64,000 nt of DNA from Thermoproteota archaeon (GTDB lineage Archaea > Thermoproteota > Thermoprotei_A > Sulfolobales > Ignisphaeraceae), in assembly GCA_030550585.1 (NCBI GenBank), contig JAUQPB010000001.1:416001-480000 (forward strand), given 5' to 3'. Of the stretch, positions 19,732 to 29,842 are shown piece after piece (the first letter of the stretch is position 1; every line of letters starts with the position of its first letter). The notes under the pieces are model-generated. The model saw nothing but the letters and a program-made list of their open reading frames with translations. It did no database searches and had not been told where the DNA came from. A program made the position numbers and the translations under genes.

Positions 19732-20229
19732 CTATATGCAAATACCATATTGCTTTACAACGCTTAATATCTGCTTAGCCATATCTGAAGACACGTTCTT
19801 TCTTCTTGTTAGCTCCTCAACAACGTCATCTGGAGTTGGATAAACATCAGAACATAACATAACTAAACTTGCAACAAGCTCCAACACATAGTAATTCATT
19901 GAACCTAAAACGTTTTTTACATCAATTAGTAGATTCTCAACTCTCTGAACTGCTGCAGCTTCCACCTCACTCAATGAATTGATGTATGCTGTATTCAGAT
20001 ATTGGGCTACATAATGATAATAATTTTGAAGACCTCTCGAATAGGGGCCTCTAGAAAGCCACCCAAATTTAAATCCATAGTCAATACCACCAATTCTTTG
20101 AATCAGATAGCCCAGCTTTTGAACAACAATCTTAAACTCCATAGAATCTGGCGACAGGTTCTTCACCAAATTAGTATCATTGATTATTTTAGCGATTAGT
20201 ATTGCAATCCTCTTTCTATCATCATTCAT
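19732..20229 (-). CDS. YwgA/SocA(Panacea)-like protein
   Basis: Start moved to ATG 20229 because the longer ORF crosses tRNA-Ala. VQKLGYL...F.F.W..RGPYS..L and LELVAS motifs. Confidence 0.7.
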   Translation of the reverse strand: MNDDRKRIAILIAKIINDTNLVKNLSPDSMEFKIVVQKLGYLIQRIGGIDYGFKFGWLSRGPYSRGLQNYYHYVAQYLNTAYINSLSEVEAAAVQRVENLLIDVKNVLGSMNYYVLELVASLVMLCSDVYPTPDDVVEELTRRKNVSSDMAKQILSVVKQYGICI

Positions 20230-20309
20230 ACAGCAGACCTTGTTTGCCGCAAAAGATAGTCTTTCTGTAAGATTATATATGCAGTGAGGGACAACCGAAA
20301 GAATTGTTT

Positions 20310-20385
20310 TGGTGGACCGGCCGGGATTCGAACCCGGGACCTCTCGGATGCCAACCGAGCGCTCTTCCAGCTGAGCTACCGGCCC
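20310..20385 (-). tRNA. tRNA-Ala(GGC), CCA encoded
   Basis: GGGCCGG/CCGGTCC acceptor with G3-U70; anticodon arm CTCGG-TTGGCAT-CCGAG. Confidence 0.97.
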
Positions 20386-20450
20386 ACCATACATTACTTA
20401 GTTTGTAGTGAAATGCTGGTTAAAAAGCGTAGATGTGAATACGATGTAGA

Positions 20451-20506
20451 TCAGCCAAAGGGGTCCCATCATCTTTATAATCTATTAGGCCTGCGTTTAT
20501 CATCAT
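20451..20506 (-). ncRNA. Box C/D guide sRNA, both guides complementary to tRNA-Leu
   Basis: Minus strand ATGATGA-taaacgcaggcctaa-TAGA...ATGATGG-gacccctttgg-CTGA. Guides match tRNA-Leu 3101-3111 and 3071-3080. Confidence 0.88.
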
Positions 20507-20593
20507 CTTTTATTTAGCAACATATTTAGCTGTTCGTGTATTCGTTTGGAGATTTTATAAAAATATTTTATTGGTGGTTATTCGTCTAATAGT

Positions 20594-21925
20594 ATGATGT
20601 ATATGGGTAGTCACACCATGGAGACTAAATATAAGAATGTTATGTGTGGCAATATTACAAAGGAGCTTAGCGGAAAAGATGTTGTGATAGCTGGATGGGT
20701 TCATCAGATAAGGGATCTTGGAGGAAAGAAATTCATAGTTGTTAGAGATTTTAGTGGTGTTGTGCAGGTTACTATATCAAAGGATAGTGCACCAAAAGAT
20801 TTGCTGGATATTGCCGAGGAACTCACTTTCGAATCTGTTGTTCAGGTAAGAGGTTTTGTTAAAGAAGATCCTAGAGCGCCGAGGGGTGTTGAGATAGTTC
20901 CATATGAAATTAAATTGTTAAACGTAGCAAAAAAGCCTCTACCACTCGATGTAAGTGGTAAGGTTCCTGCCGATATTGATACAAGACTTAGAGAAAGGGT
21001 TCTAGATCTGAGAAGAGCTGAGATGAGAGCAGTTGCTAGGATAAGTGATACAGCATTGAAGACCATAAGAGAGGTGTTGCGAGGATATGGATTTATAGAG
21101 GTTTTCACGCCAAAGATCATAGCCTCTGCTACAGAAGGTGGTGCAAGCTTATTTCCAGTAATATACTTTGGGAAAGAGGCGTTTCTTGCACAAAGCCCAC
21201 AGCTCTACAAGGAGCTTTTGGCAGCAGCATTTGAAAGGGTATTCGAAATAGCCCCTGCTTGGAGGGCTGAGGAAAGCGATACTCCATATCATCTAGCGGA
21301 GTTTATAAGCATAGACATTGAAGCAGCTTTCATGAACTATGAAGATGTTATGAAAATTCTCGAGAACGTTGTTTACGAGGTTATGAAAGCAGTTAAAGAG
21401 GAGAACGAGGATGATCTCAAAACATTAAACTATACATTGCCAGACATTTCTCTGCCTTTACCAAGAATAAAATACATTGATGCAATTAAAATGCTTAGAG
21501 ATAAGGGAGTTAGTGTAGAGCCTGGCGAAGACTTGTCGATAACCCATCTAAGAATTTTGAGCGAGTCTATAGAATCTCCCCTATACTTCATTGTCGAGTT
21601 CCCAACTAAAATAAGAGCCTTCTACACAAAACCGAAGGATGATGATCCCACGTACAGCGAAAGCTTTGATTTGGTATGGAAGCACCTAGAGCTGGCTTCT
21701 GGCAGTTCTAGAATACATAAAAAGGACCAGTTGGTAGAGGCACTAAAAGAGCGTGGATTAAATGTTGAAAGCTTTAGCTTCTTTGTGAAATGGTTTGACT
21801 ATGGAATGCCTCCCCATGCTGGATGGGGCATGGGCTACTCAAGACTACTACTTATGCTCACTGGCAGAAGCAACGTTAAAGAGGTTACACTGTTTCCAAG
21901 AGATAAAAAGAGGTTGACACCCTAA
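20594..21925 (+). CDS. aspS: Aspartate--tRNA ligase
   Basis: OB-fold (AGWVHQIRDLG), ATEGGA, LAQSPQLYK, GMPPHAGWGMG, LFPRD. Confidence 0.97.
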   Translation: MMYMGSHTMETKYKNVMCGNITKELSGKDVVIAGWVHQIRDLGGKKFIVVRDFSGVVQVTISKDSAPKDLLDIAEELTFESVVQVRGFVKEDPRAPRGVEIVPYEIKLLNVAKKPLPLDVSGKVPADIDTRLRERVLDLRRAEMRAVARISDTALKTIREVLRGYGFIEVFTPKIIASATEGGASLFPVIYFGKEAFLAQSPQLYKELLAAAFERVFEIAPAWRAEESDTPYHLAEFISIDIEAAFMNYEDVMKILENVVYEVMKAVKEENEDDLKTLNYTLPDISLPLPRIKYIDAIKMLRDKGVSVEPGEDLSITHLRILSESIESPLYFIVEFPTKIRAFYTKPKDDDPTYSESFDLVWKHLELASGSSRIHKKDQLVEALKERGLNVESFSFFVKWFDYGMPPHAGWGMGYSRLLLMLTGRSNVKEVTLFPRDKKRLTP

Positions 21926-23148
21926 GTATATGACAGGGGGTTGCATCTGATTATCTCTCTCAGCAAAACTGTGGCGTAAGATCCTGGAGGAAGACCAAAG
22001 CTAAGTAGAATTGCGTTGCCTTCTGTTTTGTAGTTAAATCCGAAAGCCTTTGAAATAGACTCTCTGTAGTCACCATAGAAACACAGCCTCTCTAGCCTAT
22101 TTTTGCAAAACATTTTCATATCTATACCCTCTGTTTCTACAATTTCATCAAAAAACCTCTTGATATTTTCACTAAGATTAATTTTGTAGCCTGGCAAGGG
22201 AATGTATCTATATTTTTCCCTTAGCGCATGCAGCCCATCTCTAACATTATGTGTCTCTACAACACTAAGCCATATTTTTGAAAGCAATCTGTTAAACAAA
22301 TAGGCTTGATAGGCATTTACAAAAAGCTTTATAATTCTGCTGTACATGGAATTTTTTAACAAATGTTTCAATTCTTCATCGATACGAACATTATCTGCTC
22401 GACACAGTCTATCCTCTAAACTCTTATGCAATACACCTAGCTTTTTTGGAGCATCTCTACACAAAACTTTGAGAAACAAATCAAAATCTTCTTTAATAAG
22501 TGCTTTACCTAAAATGTGTGTAATTGGTCTTCGAGACCCAAATCTTTGATAACCAAAAAAGTTTAGAAACTGGTAATCATGATCCTTAAGCATATTGATT
22601 GCTCTTAATAAATTGTCTAGAGCATCATGCCTGTCTACAATTATCCTTATATCAAATTCATTTGAGTTGTGCACCAAGACCGGCTTTGATTGGCTACAAA
22701 ACCATAGATACGCCTCTACAACTGTAGAATCAGAAACTATTTTAATGCTGCCTTCAAGTTTTCTGCAACCGAATAGTATAACAACCTGATAAGCTATGGC
22801 ATGAGCATCTTTTAGACCCAGTAGCTCAAAATCCTTACAGCTAAGATTAGACTTCAAGAATTGTCCTAGAGACATTGAGTCTATGTTTTGCTTTTTAGTT
22901 ATATAAACACAGTATTCTTTGTGTACATCTCTATCAATTTGTATGAAGCTTTTAGATAACTTGTCAAAAAGCTCCTTAAGATTGACTGCATTCACATTCT
23001 CCATGACTACAAAGCCATCCGGTCTTTCTATCCAAACAGATCTACACCCAAACGATTCACACTGAGAATACGTGCTTGGATATGTATAGACTTGTAGTCC
23101 GAGCACCAGATCTAGTAATGATGTTGTTAGAAAGCTTGATAGAAACAT
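21922..23148 (-). CDS. truD: tRNA pseudouridine(13) synthase TruD
   Basis: GLKDAHAIAYQ, NFFGYQRFGSRR, AYQAYLFNRLLS, LPPGSYATVLLRE. Start set to the ATG after the AGGTG SD. Confidence 0.93.
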   Translation of the reverse strand: MFLSSFLTTSLLDLVLGLQVYTYPSTYSQCESFGCRSVWIERPDGFVVMENVNAVNLKELFDKLSKSFIQIDRDVHKEYCVYITKKQNIDSMSLGQFLKSNLSCKDFELLGLKDAHAIAYQVVILFGCRKLEGSIKIVSDSTVVEAYLWFCSQSKPVLVHNSNEFDIRIIVDRHDALDNLLRAINMLKDHDYQFLNFFGYQRFGSRRPITHILGKALIKEDFDLFLKVLCRDAPKKLGVLHKSLEDRLCRADNVRIDEELKHLLKNSMYSRIIKLFVNAYQAYLFNRLLSKIWLSVVETHNVRDGLHALREKYRYIPLPGYKINLSENIKRFFDEIVETEGIDMKMFCKNRLERLCFYGDYRESISKAFGFNYKTEGNAILLSFGLPPGSYATVLLREIIRCNPLSYT

Positions 23149-23161
23149 TCGAACACCTATA

Positions 23162-23536
23162 CTATAACAATGGCAGGTCTCCAGTAACCTTATCAATTAT
23201 TTCAGCTGGTGCTGGTCCCAGGCCCAATGCTGTTATGGTTCCTGGTGGTAGCTGGGTCAAGCCCGCATCAGCTATTAGAACTGTGTTTATCCCAAGTTCA
23301 TCTGCAATCCTCTTCAAATTCAGCAACTCTTCTAAGCTTTTAACCTTAACAACTATCTTCTTCTGGCCCTGTCTCCTCCACTCAGCAATTATCTCACTAC
23401 AAGACTTTTTCTCAAGACACTGTAAAACAGCTTCGACAGCAGCATGAGCTACTTGTGTAGCCAATTTCCCTTTTCCCATCTTTATATCAGTTCTAACAAC
23501 AATTACTTGTTTCAGCTCACCCATCTTAGCACTCAC
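23162..23536 (-). CDS. pth2: Peptidyl-tRNA hydrolase Pth2
   Basis: KQVIVVRTDIKMGKGKLATQVAHA, DAGLTQ, GLGP. Confidence 0.97.
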   Translation of the reverse strand: MSAKMGELKQVIVVRTDIKMGKGKLATQVAHAAVEAVLQCLEKKSCSEIIAEWRRQGQKKIVVKVKSLEELLNLKRIADELGINTVLIADAGLTQLPPGTITALGLGPAPAEIIDKVTGDLPLL

Positions 23537-23632
23537 ACATGGTTCGCTATCACCACGAAAGAATTAATAGGCTTTTAAATCTGCGCTGAACAAATCCAGT
23601 TGATAGCAAATTTTCATTAATTAAGGTGAATA

Positions 23633-23839
23633 ATGCTGGCATTAACCACAAAGATTGTGCTCCACGAAACAGCAAGTATAAGAATATGCTCAAGCTGTAA
23701 AAAACTCATAGCACCTGATGAAAAAGCTGTTAGCTTCAGATGTCCAAACTGTGGAAGCGTTGTCATATGGAGATGCCAAAAATGTAGAACAATGACCGTT
23801 CCCTACAAATGTCCTAACTGTGGTTTTGAGGGGCCATAG
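23633..23839 (+). CDS. Zn-ribbon RNA-binding protein (DUF1610 / HVO_2753 family)
   Basis: CSSC, FRCPNCG, RCQKCR, YKCPNCGFEGP; upstream of EF-1beta. Confidence 0.92.
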   Translation: MLALTTKIVLHETASIRICSSCKKLIAPDEKAVSFRCPNCGSVVIWRCQKCRTMTVPYKCPNCGFEGP

Positions 23840-23852
23840 CGGTGAATAAACT

Positions 23853-24134
23853 ATGCCGGGTAATGTTATAGTCGTTTTAAGAGCTTATCCAAAAGAAGTT
23901 ATGGAGGATTTCACAAAGCTCATCGAGAAAATTCAGCTGAAAGTTAAAGAGACTGTGTATAGTTTAATGAAGTGGGAGCCTGTTGAAATAGCTTTTGGAT
24001 ACAAAGCCCTTGATCTATACTTTATAATGCCTGAGGACATCGAGGGTGGTACAGAAAATCTTGAGGAAATAATAAAAAGTGTTGATGATATAGACAATGT
24101 GGAGGTTGTGTATATTACGAGGGTAGGTATATAA
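23853..24134 (+). CDS. ef1b: Elongation factor 1-beta
   Basis: IAFGYKAL...EGGTENLEE. Confidence 0.93.
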   Translation: MPGNVIVVLRAYPKEVMEDFTKLIEKIQLKVKETVYSLMKWEPVEIAFGYKALDLYFIMPEDIEGGTENLEEIIKSVDDIDNVEVVYITRVGI

Positions 24135-24150
24135 TAGGGAGTACACATAA

Positions 24151-24384
24151 ATGTCGACAAAGAGAAGAATACAACAGAGAATACTAGACATTGTAAGAGA
24201 GAATGGAAAGGCCGAGGACAAGGAGTTGCTAGAACTGTTAAAGAAAGAGATTGAGATCTCTTATAGTGAGCTACTAAATCTGATAATGTATTTAGAGATT
24301 GAGGGTTTTGTAGATGTTAAAAAACAGAAGGATAACTTGATAGTCACACCTAAGTCAACCACAAAAAAGATTGTGTCACAATAG
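24151..24384 (+). CDS. Small winged-helix protein
   Basis: ILDIVRENG...ISYSELLNLIMYLEIEGFVDV. Confidence 0.7.
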   Translation: MSTKRRIQQRILDIVRENGKAEDKELLELLKKEIEISYSELLNLIMYLEIEGFVDVKKQKDNLIVTPKSTTKKIVSQ

Positions 24385-24425
24385 GTTTTAAATCTCTTAC
24401 GTAAAAAAGTCTTTGGAAAGGCGAC

Positions 24426-25481
24426 ATGGGTGTTAATCTAAGGGATTTGATACCACCTAGCTGTAGAATTGAAATTGCAGATCTAAGACAACTTGCAAGA
24501 AGGGTTATTGCATTAGATGCTTACAATGCTCTATACCAGTTCTTGGCTGCCATAAGACAGCCTGATGGGACGCCATTAATGGATTCGAAATCTAGAGTAA
24601 CAAGCCATTTAAGTGGTCTTTTCTACAGAACTATAAACCTGGTTGAAAATGGCATAAAACCTGTTTATGTATTTGATGGCAAACCCCCTGAGCTTAAGAG
24701 AGCTGAATTAGAGAGAAGGAGGTTGAGGAAGGAGAAGGCTCAGAGATTAGCAGAGAAAGCATATGAAGAAGGTGCTATTGAAGAAGCTGCAAAATATGTT
24801 GTCCAATCTGTGAGTCTCGAAAGTGATATGGTTAGGGATGCAAAGGAGCTTTTAGAGGCTATGGGCATACCATATGTCCAAGCATTAGAGGAGGGAGAGG
24901 CGCAAGCAGCATACCTAGCTAAGAAGGGTTTGTGCTGGGCAGCAGCAAGCCAAGACTATGATTCTCTTCTTTTTGGAAGCCCAAGACTTGTGAGAAACCT
25001 CACGATATCAGGTAAGAGAAAACTCCCAGGCAAAGACGTATACGTTGAGATAAAGCCGGAGGTTATAGAGTTAGACACGTTGCTCAAAGCTCTAGGGATA
25101 ACCAGAGAGCAATTGGTGGATGTGGCCATACTGATAGGAACTGACTATAATCCAGATGGGGTTGAGGGAGTAGGCCCTAAGACAGCCCTACAACTAATTA
25201 AAATGTATGGGTCTCTTGAAAAAGCATTGAAACATATTCCCCAGGCAAAGTTTCCTGAGGATCCCCTGAAAATAAAGTCCTACTTCCTTAATCCTCCAGT
25301 AAACGAAAAAGTTAATATTGAGTGGAGAGAGCCTGATAGAAACAAAATCATTCAGATCTTAGTTCAGGAACATGACTTTTCGCTGGATAGAGTTGAAACT
25401 GCTATTAAAAGACTTGAGAAAGGATACAAAGAATTTATAAAATCGACTACAGCAAGTCTAGATATGTGGTTTAGAAAATGA
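24426..25481 (+). CDS. fen: Flap endonuclease 1
   Basis: MGVNL, DAYNALYQFL, EGEAQAAY, SQDYDSLLFG, GTDYNPDG, PIP-like SLDMWF. Confidence 0.97.
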   Translation: MGVNLRDLIPPSCRIEIADLRQLARRVIALDAYNALYQFLAAIRQPDGTPLMDSKSRVTSHLSGLFYRTINLVENGIKPVYVFDGKPPELKRAELERRRLRKEKAQRLAEKAYEEGAIEEAAKYVVQSVSLESDMVRDAKELLEAMGIPYVQALEEGEAQAAYLAKKGLCWAAASQDYDSLLFGSPRLVRNLTISGKRKLPGKDVYVEIKPEVIELDTLLKALGITREQLVDVAILIGTDYNPDGVEGVGPKTALQLIKMYGSLEKALKHIPQAKFPEDPLKIKSYFLNPPVNEKVNIEWREPDRNKIIQILVQEHDFSLDRVETAIKRLEKGYKEFIKSTTASLDMWFRK

Positions 25482-25509
25482 AATCTACTGATATTGTTGG
25501 GTATGTACA

Positions 25510-26454
25510 ATGTTTGTGAACAGCCTGCGCAACAGAGACTTGCTATCTATAGCAGATCTTTCTGTAGAGGAGCTAAGATCGCTAATAGATTTGAGCTTCA
25601 AGCTCAAAGAGCTTTACTATAATGGGCTGAAATATCTGAATATATTGAATGGAAAGATTGTGGCACTAATATTCGAGAAGCATAGCACAAGAACCAGAAT
25701 AAGTCTACAGGTTGCTATAGAGCAGATTGGAGGGCGATCCCTCTATCTATCATCTCAGGAACTGCAACTTGCAAGAGGTGAACCGATAAAGGATACAGCA
25801 AGGGTGTTAGATAGATATGTTGATGGCGTTGCAGCTAGGGTTTATAGCCATAAGTCGCTCTTGGAACTAGCAGAATACGCCAAAATACCTGTAATAAATG
25901 CTTTAAGCGACTTTGAACACCCGCTTCAAGCTCTAGCTGATGTGATGACAATTCTAGAGTTTAAAAAAGATATGAAGAAGGTTAAGGTGGCTTTTGTAGG
26001 CGATGGTAGAGACAATGTTGCTCATAGCCTAATGCTAGCAGTTACAATGCTTGGAGGCTCTATATACATAGCCACTCCAGTAGGGTATGAGCCAGATGCC
26101 AGGCTATACAGCATAGCTAAGGACTATGCTGAGAAAAGCGGTGGCTATATTGCAATAGTTAGAAACCCTGTAGAAGCTGTTAAAGACGCTGACGTGATAT
26201 ATACCGACGTATGGGTTAGCATGGGCCAGGAGGCTGAGAGGGATAAGAGAATTAGAGACTTAAAGGAGTACCAGGTAAACAAAGAGCTTGTGGCTTATGC
26301 CAAAAAGGATTACATATTCATGCATTGTCTTCCTGCACACAGAGGTGAAGAGGTGACTGAGGATGTTATAGAGTCTCCAAACTCTGTTGTATGGCAACAA
26401 GCAGAAAACAGATTGCATACAGCAAAAGCTGTTATTGCGTCTATTCTAAGATAG
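25510..26454 (+). CDS. argF: Ornithine carbamoyltransferase
   Basis: STRTR, HPLQALAD, DVWVSMG, MHCLPAHRG, QAENRLH. Confidence 0.97.
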   Translation: MFVNSLRNRDLLSIADLSVEELRSLIDLSFKLKELYYNGLKYLNILNGKIVALIFEKHSTRTRISLQVAIEQIGGRSLYLSSQELQLARGEPIKDTARVLDRYVDGVAARVYSHKSLLELAEYAKIPVINALSDFEHPLQALADVMTILEFKKDMKKVKVAFVGDGRDNVAHSLMLAVTMLGGSIYIATPVGYEPDARLYSIAKDYAEKSGGYIAIVRNPVEAVKDADVIYTDVWVSMGQEAERDKRIRDLKEYQVNKELVAYAKKDYIFMHCLPAHRGEEVTEDVIESPNSVVWQQAENRLHTAKAVIASILR

Positions 26455-26760
26455 CTCTTTTATCTTGTCCAGTGCTGTTCTAAGCCTTTCCTCTCTACAG
26501 GCATAAACACACTCTGTAAAACACTCATTGTCTCTATAGCCATTGTAGTTGTGGCACTGTGCGTTGCACTCATGATCACAAGGTAAAACATTGAGTTCTA
26601 GCACAATAAAACCATTAGTTTTGTTTACCCTAAACAGTTGTATCATGTTGAATTTTCTTAGGTACTCCACTATCCTATTCCCACTTTCTATAGGTACTAT
26701 GAGGAAGCCGTATTGCTTAACAGTTTTTTCAATTGCTCTAACAATTTCAATTGCACTCAC
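26446..26760 (-). CDS. Hypothetical protein with twin Cx3Cx3C C-terminus
   Basis: CDHECNAQC...CFTECVYAC; last gene of a three-gene overlapping operon. Confidence 0.7.
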   Translation of the reverse strand: MSAIEIVRAIEKTVKQYGFLIVPIESGNRIVEYLRKFNMIQLFRVNKTNGFIVLELNVLPCDHECNAQCHNYNGYRDNECFTECVYACREERLRTALDKIKELS

Positions 26761-27143
26761 TTCAGCTCAGCCTCAACATTTTTCAACGCATTTCTAACCA
26801 AATAGGCCATATCTTTTTTTCCAGAGACATATCTTAGCTTTCCATCCACATATTTCATTCTAAGCAATTCCAAACCATCTTGGTTCACTACGGAAATATA
26901 GCCCTTCACTTTCTTCCGCCAGTTTATAGTTAATTCAAGTAATACAGCAAAAAAGCCATTTTCTAAATCAATGTTAACACATCTGCTCTCACCTTTTTTG
27001 TATACACCTCTGCATCTCCGAATTTCGGAGATCTTTGGTGACGTTATATCCCCTTTGTCATCAACAATAAATATTCTTGCAATTCTTCTATGCTTTCCAG
27101 TATCGCTTCGAGTATCCTCAATTCTGAATTGTATTTTACCCAA
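26757..27143 (-). CDS. Basic crenarchaeal hypothetical protein
   Basis: 128 aa, RSDTGKH motif; overlaps both neighbours (translational coupling). Confidence 0.7.
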   Translation of the reverse strand: MGKIQFRIEDTRSDTGKHRRIARIFIVDDKGDITSPKISEIRRCRGVYKKGESRCVNIDLENGFFAVLLELTINWRKKVKGYISVVNQDGLELLRMKYVDGKLRYVSGKKDMAYLVRNALKNVEAELK

Positions 27144-27417
27144 TCTTTAAAACACCTTCAGTAAAATTCCATTTCTTCACATTCTCAGCAAACATACAGA
27201 TAACATTTTTTCCCATACCTATAGAGCTCACATCAATTCTCACAGTACCACTTATCTCAATAAACTTTACATTATTGTATGTACCACCATCTACATAAGC
27301 TCCATCATCGTTGTATAGTTCAACAGTTGCATGTGAACCGACTATATCAAAGCATATCTTTGCATATCTCAAAGTCTTTGCACCAATTGCACAGCTAAAA
27401 TTGCTACTATTATTCAT
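27136..27417 (-). CDS. Hypothetical protein
   Basis: 93-aa ORF, first gene of the operon. Confidence 0.65.
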   Translation of the reverse strand: MNNSSNFSCAIGAKTLRYAKICFDIVGSHATVELYNDDGAYVDGGTYNNVKFIEISGTVRIDVSSIGMGKNVICMFAENVKKWNFTEGVLKIG

Positions 27418-27598
27418 ATTTTAACCACGCCTTTAATAGTTCTTTTGCATATAGACACCGATTATAGCATCTTTAACTACTTCCATGTTGGAGATTCAAA
27501 CGCATGATACATATGCTTAGCATAACGTTAGAGTTAAAGAATTATGAACGTAAACTTTTTCAGTGTACTCTATCCATAGTATCTGTGGTAAGATTGCT

Positions 27599-28096
27599 AT
27601 GTCCTCTTCCATTAAAAAAATCGAGGTTATAAACGTTCCAATACCACAGGGGGCAAACGTTATTGTGGGTCAGAGCCACTTTATTAAAACCGTGGAGGAT
27701 TTGTACGAGACTTTGGTGACTTCTGTTCCTAATATAAGATTTGGAATAGCATTCAATGAGGCTAGTGGAAAGAGGCTTGTTAGATATGATGGAAACGATG
27801 AGGAGCTTGTTAAACTTGCTATAGATGTTGCCTTGAAGATTGGGGCTGGACATGTGTTTGTACTATATATCAGAAATGCATGGCCCATTAATGTATTGAA
27901 TGCCATAAAGAATGTGCAAGAAGTTGTTAGAATATATGCTGCTACGGCAAATCCTCTACAAGTAATTGTTGCAGAGACAGATCAGGGTAGAGGAGTTATT
28001 GGTGTAGTCGATGGATTTACGCCACTAGGTGTTGAAGACGCTAATGAGAAACGTGAAAGATATGAGTTTCTTAGGAAAATAGGTTATAAGAAATGA
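27599..28096 (+). CDS. Adenosine-specific kinase family (DUF355)
   Basis: [42 protein letters not shown]. Confidence 0.92.
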   Translation: MSSSIKKIEVINVPIPQGANVIVGQSHFIKTVEDLYETLVTSVPNIRFGIAFNEASGKRLVRYDGNDEELVKLAIDVALKIGAGHVFVLYIRNAWPINVLNAIKNVQEVVRIYAATANPLQVIVAETDQGRGVIGVVDGFTPLGVEDANEKRERYEFLRKIGYKK

Positions 28097-28707
28097 GCAA
28101 AACGAAATTTATTGATATAGCTATAGAGAAGTACTGCTTTCAACCATATGAAACCTCGCTTTTTGCCTTATATGTTCTAAGAAAATGTGGAGAGGCTCTA
28201 GAGACTCTAGAAGAAGAAGTAGCCTACAAGTTTGTGGAAAATGACGAAATATTCGAGTCTTGGATCAGCTCAAAATTTGAGAAAGAGCTTCAAGAAGGTG
28301 TTGTTAGAGCTACGATCGATTATTATGACAAGAAATATTCAACGATATTTTTCAAAGAGCCTAAAGCAGATTCTGGTTTCTTTGCCATACCTATTCCATA
28401 TCTGGCAAAACTTCTTAAGATTGTTGTTTTAAAGGATGTTAGCGATGGTGAGATAAGTGTTAAGGAAGAGGGTAATGGATTTGCAATTGATTTTTCTCAT
28501 GGCGATTTTTACGTCTTTTTCAATCCGATAAAAATGTTAGATAGTTTTGCAGGGTTGATTGTAGTAACTAATGTAGGTATAGAGCATATAAGACCAAGTG
28601 ACTTGGTCAAGATATCTGAAGGTGTAGCAAAGCGTAAGAAGAAGAGCAAGTCTAGGAAGAGAAAGAGAAGAGCTAAGAAGAGAAAATCCAAAAAAGGTAA
28701 AGGTTGA
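28093..28707 (+). CDS. Hypothetical protein with Lys/Arg-rich tail
   Basis: 204 aa ending [25 protein letters not shown]. Confidence 0.7.
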   Translation: MSKTKFIDIAIEKYCFQPYETSLFALYVLRKCGEALETLEEEVAYKFVENDEIFESWISSKFEKELQEGVVRATIDYYDKKYSTIFFKEPKADSGFFAIPIPYLAKLLKIVVLKDVSDGEISVKEEGNGFAIDFSHGDFYVFFNPIKMLDSFAGLIVVTNVGIEHIRPSDLVKISEGVAKRKKKSKSRKRKRRAKKRKSKKGKG

Positions 28708-28765
28708 GTGGCGCTGCTTTGGGTTTGTGCATAAACAAAGAATGTCAATAAATAATTGCTTCAAA

Positions 28766-29065
28766 TTATTCCTTACTTGAAGCTATAATGGAGTAGAGAA
28801 CATCTCTAAGTGTTTTCGATAAAGAGTAGCAACCATATCCCTGCTCAACTAATCCCTTCTCAATCAATTTCCTAATCACAGCCTTTGGATCATTGATTCT
28901 ATGCAAGAACTTCAATTCTCTTATAGCAACTAATGTACCCACAGAAATATTCTGAATAAAGTACTCTAGAACCTTAACCTCCTCTGTAGACAGCGACAAT
29001 ATTTTTTTCTTTAGATCCTCATCTTTAATGTGGTTTATGATATTAGACAAAATCTTGCTGTCCAT
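28766..29065 (-). CDS. Conserved crenarchaeal winged-helix protein
   Basis: VLEYFIQNISVG..AIREL...DPKAVIRKLIEKGLVEQGYGCYSL. Confidence 0.75.
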   Translation of the reverse strand: MDSKILSNIINHIKDEDLKKKILSLSTEEVKVLEYFIQNISVGTLVAIRELKFLHRINDPKAVIRKLIEKGLVEQGYGCYSLSKTLRDVLYSIIASSKE

Positions 29066-29268
29066 AGCACCTGCTTACCCACAACTAAATTCTCAAAGGC
29101 CATTAAATACTTTTAACATAGCCTAGCATAGACCATATTTTTATAGGGGGCCTCGTAAAAATTAAGTGAGTTATTAACTAGTTTAAATAGGGTTTTTAAG
29201 GGTCTTCAATTAATTTTCGATAGAAAAGCTTATAAATACTTCAGATACATAGCTCCCGGTGAACAGAA

Positions 29269-29637
29269 ATGAGCGCCACAAAGAGGTTAACGGTGATACA
29301 TGGCAGACATGTGGCAGGAAATCTCTACAACTGCAATTCTGAAAAGCTAGCCAATATAACATACCTAATAAATTTAGTGAAAAACGCTGCAAAAATTGGA
29401 AACATGACTCTTCTTGACATCAAATCCTGGAAAATAGGCAATGGAATTAGTGTTGTGGGAATCGTATTAGAGAGCCACATATCGATTCACACATGGCCTG
29501 AACACAGCTTTGCAACAGTAGATGTATACAGCTGTGGCGCACATACAGATCCGGAAAAAGCATTCGATTACATAGCATCATCACTAGAAGCACAAAAAAT
29601 TGAGAAAAAAGTTCTCGACAGAAGCTATGAAATATAG
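29269..29637 (+). CDS. speH: S-adenosylmethionine decarboxylase proenzyme
   Basis: Pyruvoyl cleavage site LESHISIHTWPE, ATVDVYSCG; DIKSWKIG resembles the crenarchaeal SAMDC paralogue. Confidence 0.88.
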   Translation: MSATKRLTVIHGRHVAGNLYNCNSEKLANITYLINLVKNAAKIGNMTLLDIKSWKIGNGISVVGIVLESHISIHTWPEHSFATVDVYSCGAHTDPEKAFDYIASSLEAQKIEKKVLDRSYEI

Positions 29638-29842
29638 CTCAATGCACCGAAAAACATACTAAGTTGTGAGCACATTTATAACCAATTTTGTGCAAAAGCT
29701 TAGACCCGATGCATAAAACCTATAGTGTTTCTAAAATCCGTAGCCATTCACATAACAATTATATTAATTTCTTTCAAGATACTCTACAGCCACATTAATA
29801 AATGCTATTGCAGACAGCAAGAAAAAGTAACACTCTTTAATT

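Noticed and set aside
20230-20394. N-terminal extension of ORF 19732..20394
   Set aside because: It is a translation of tRNA-Ala and its trailer. Protein-like sequence begins at ATG 20229.
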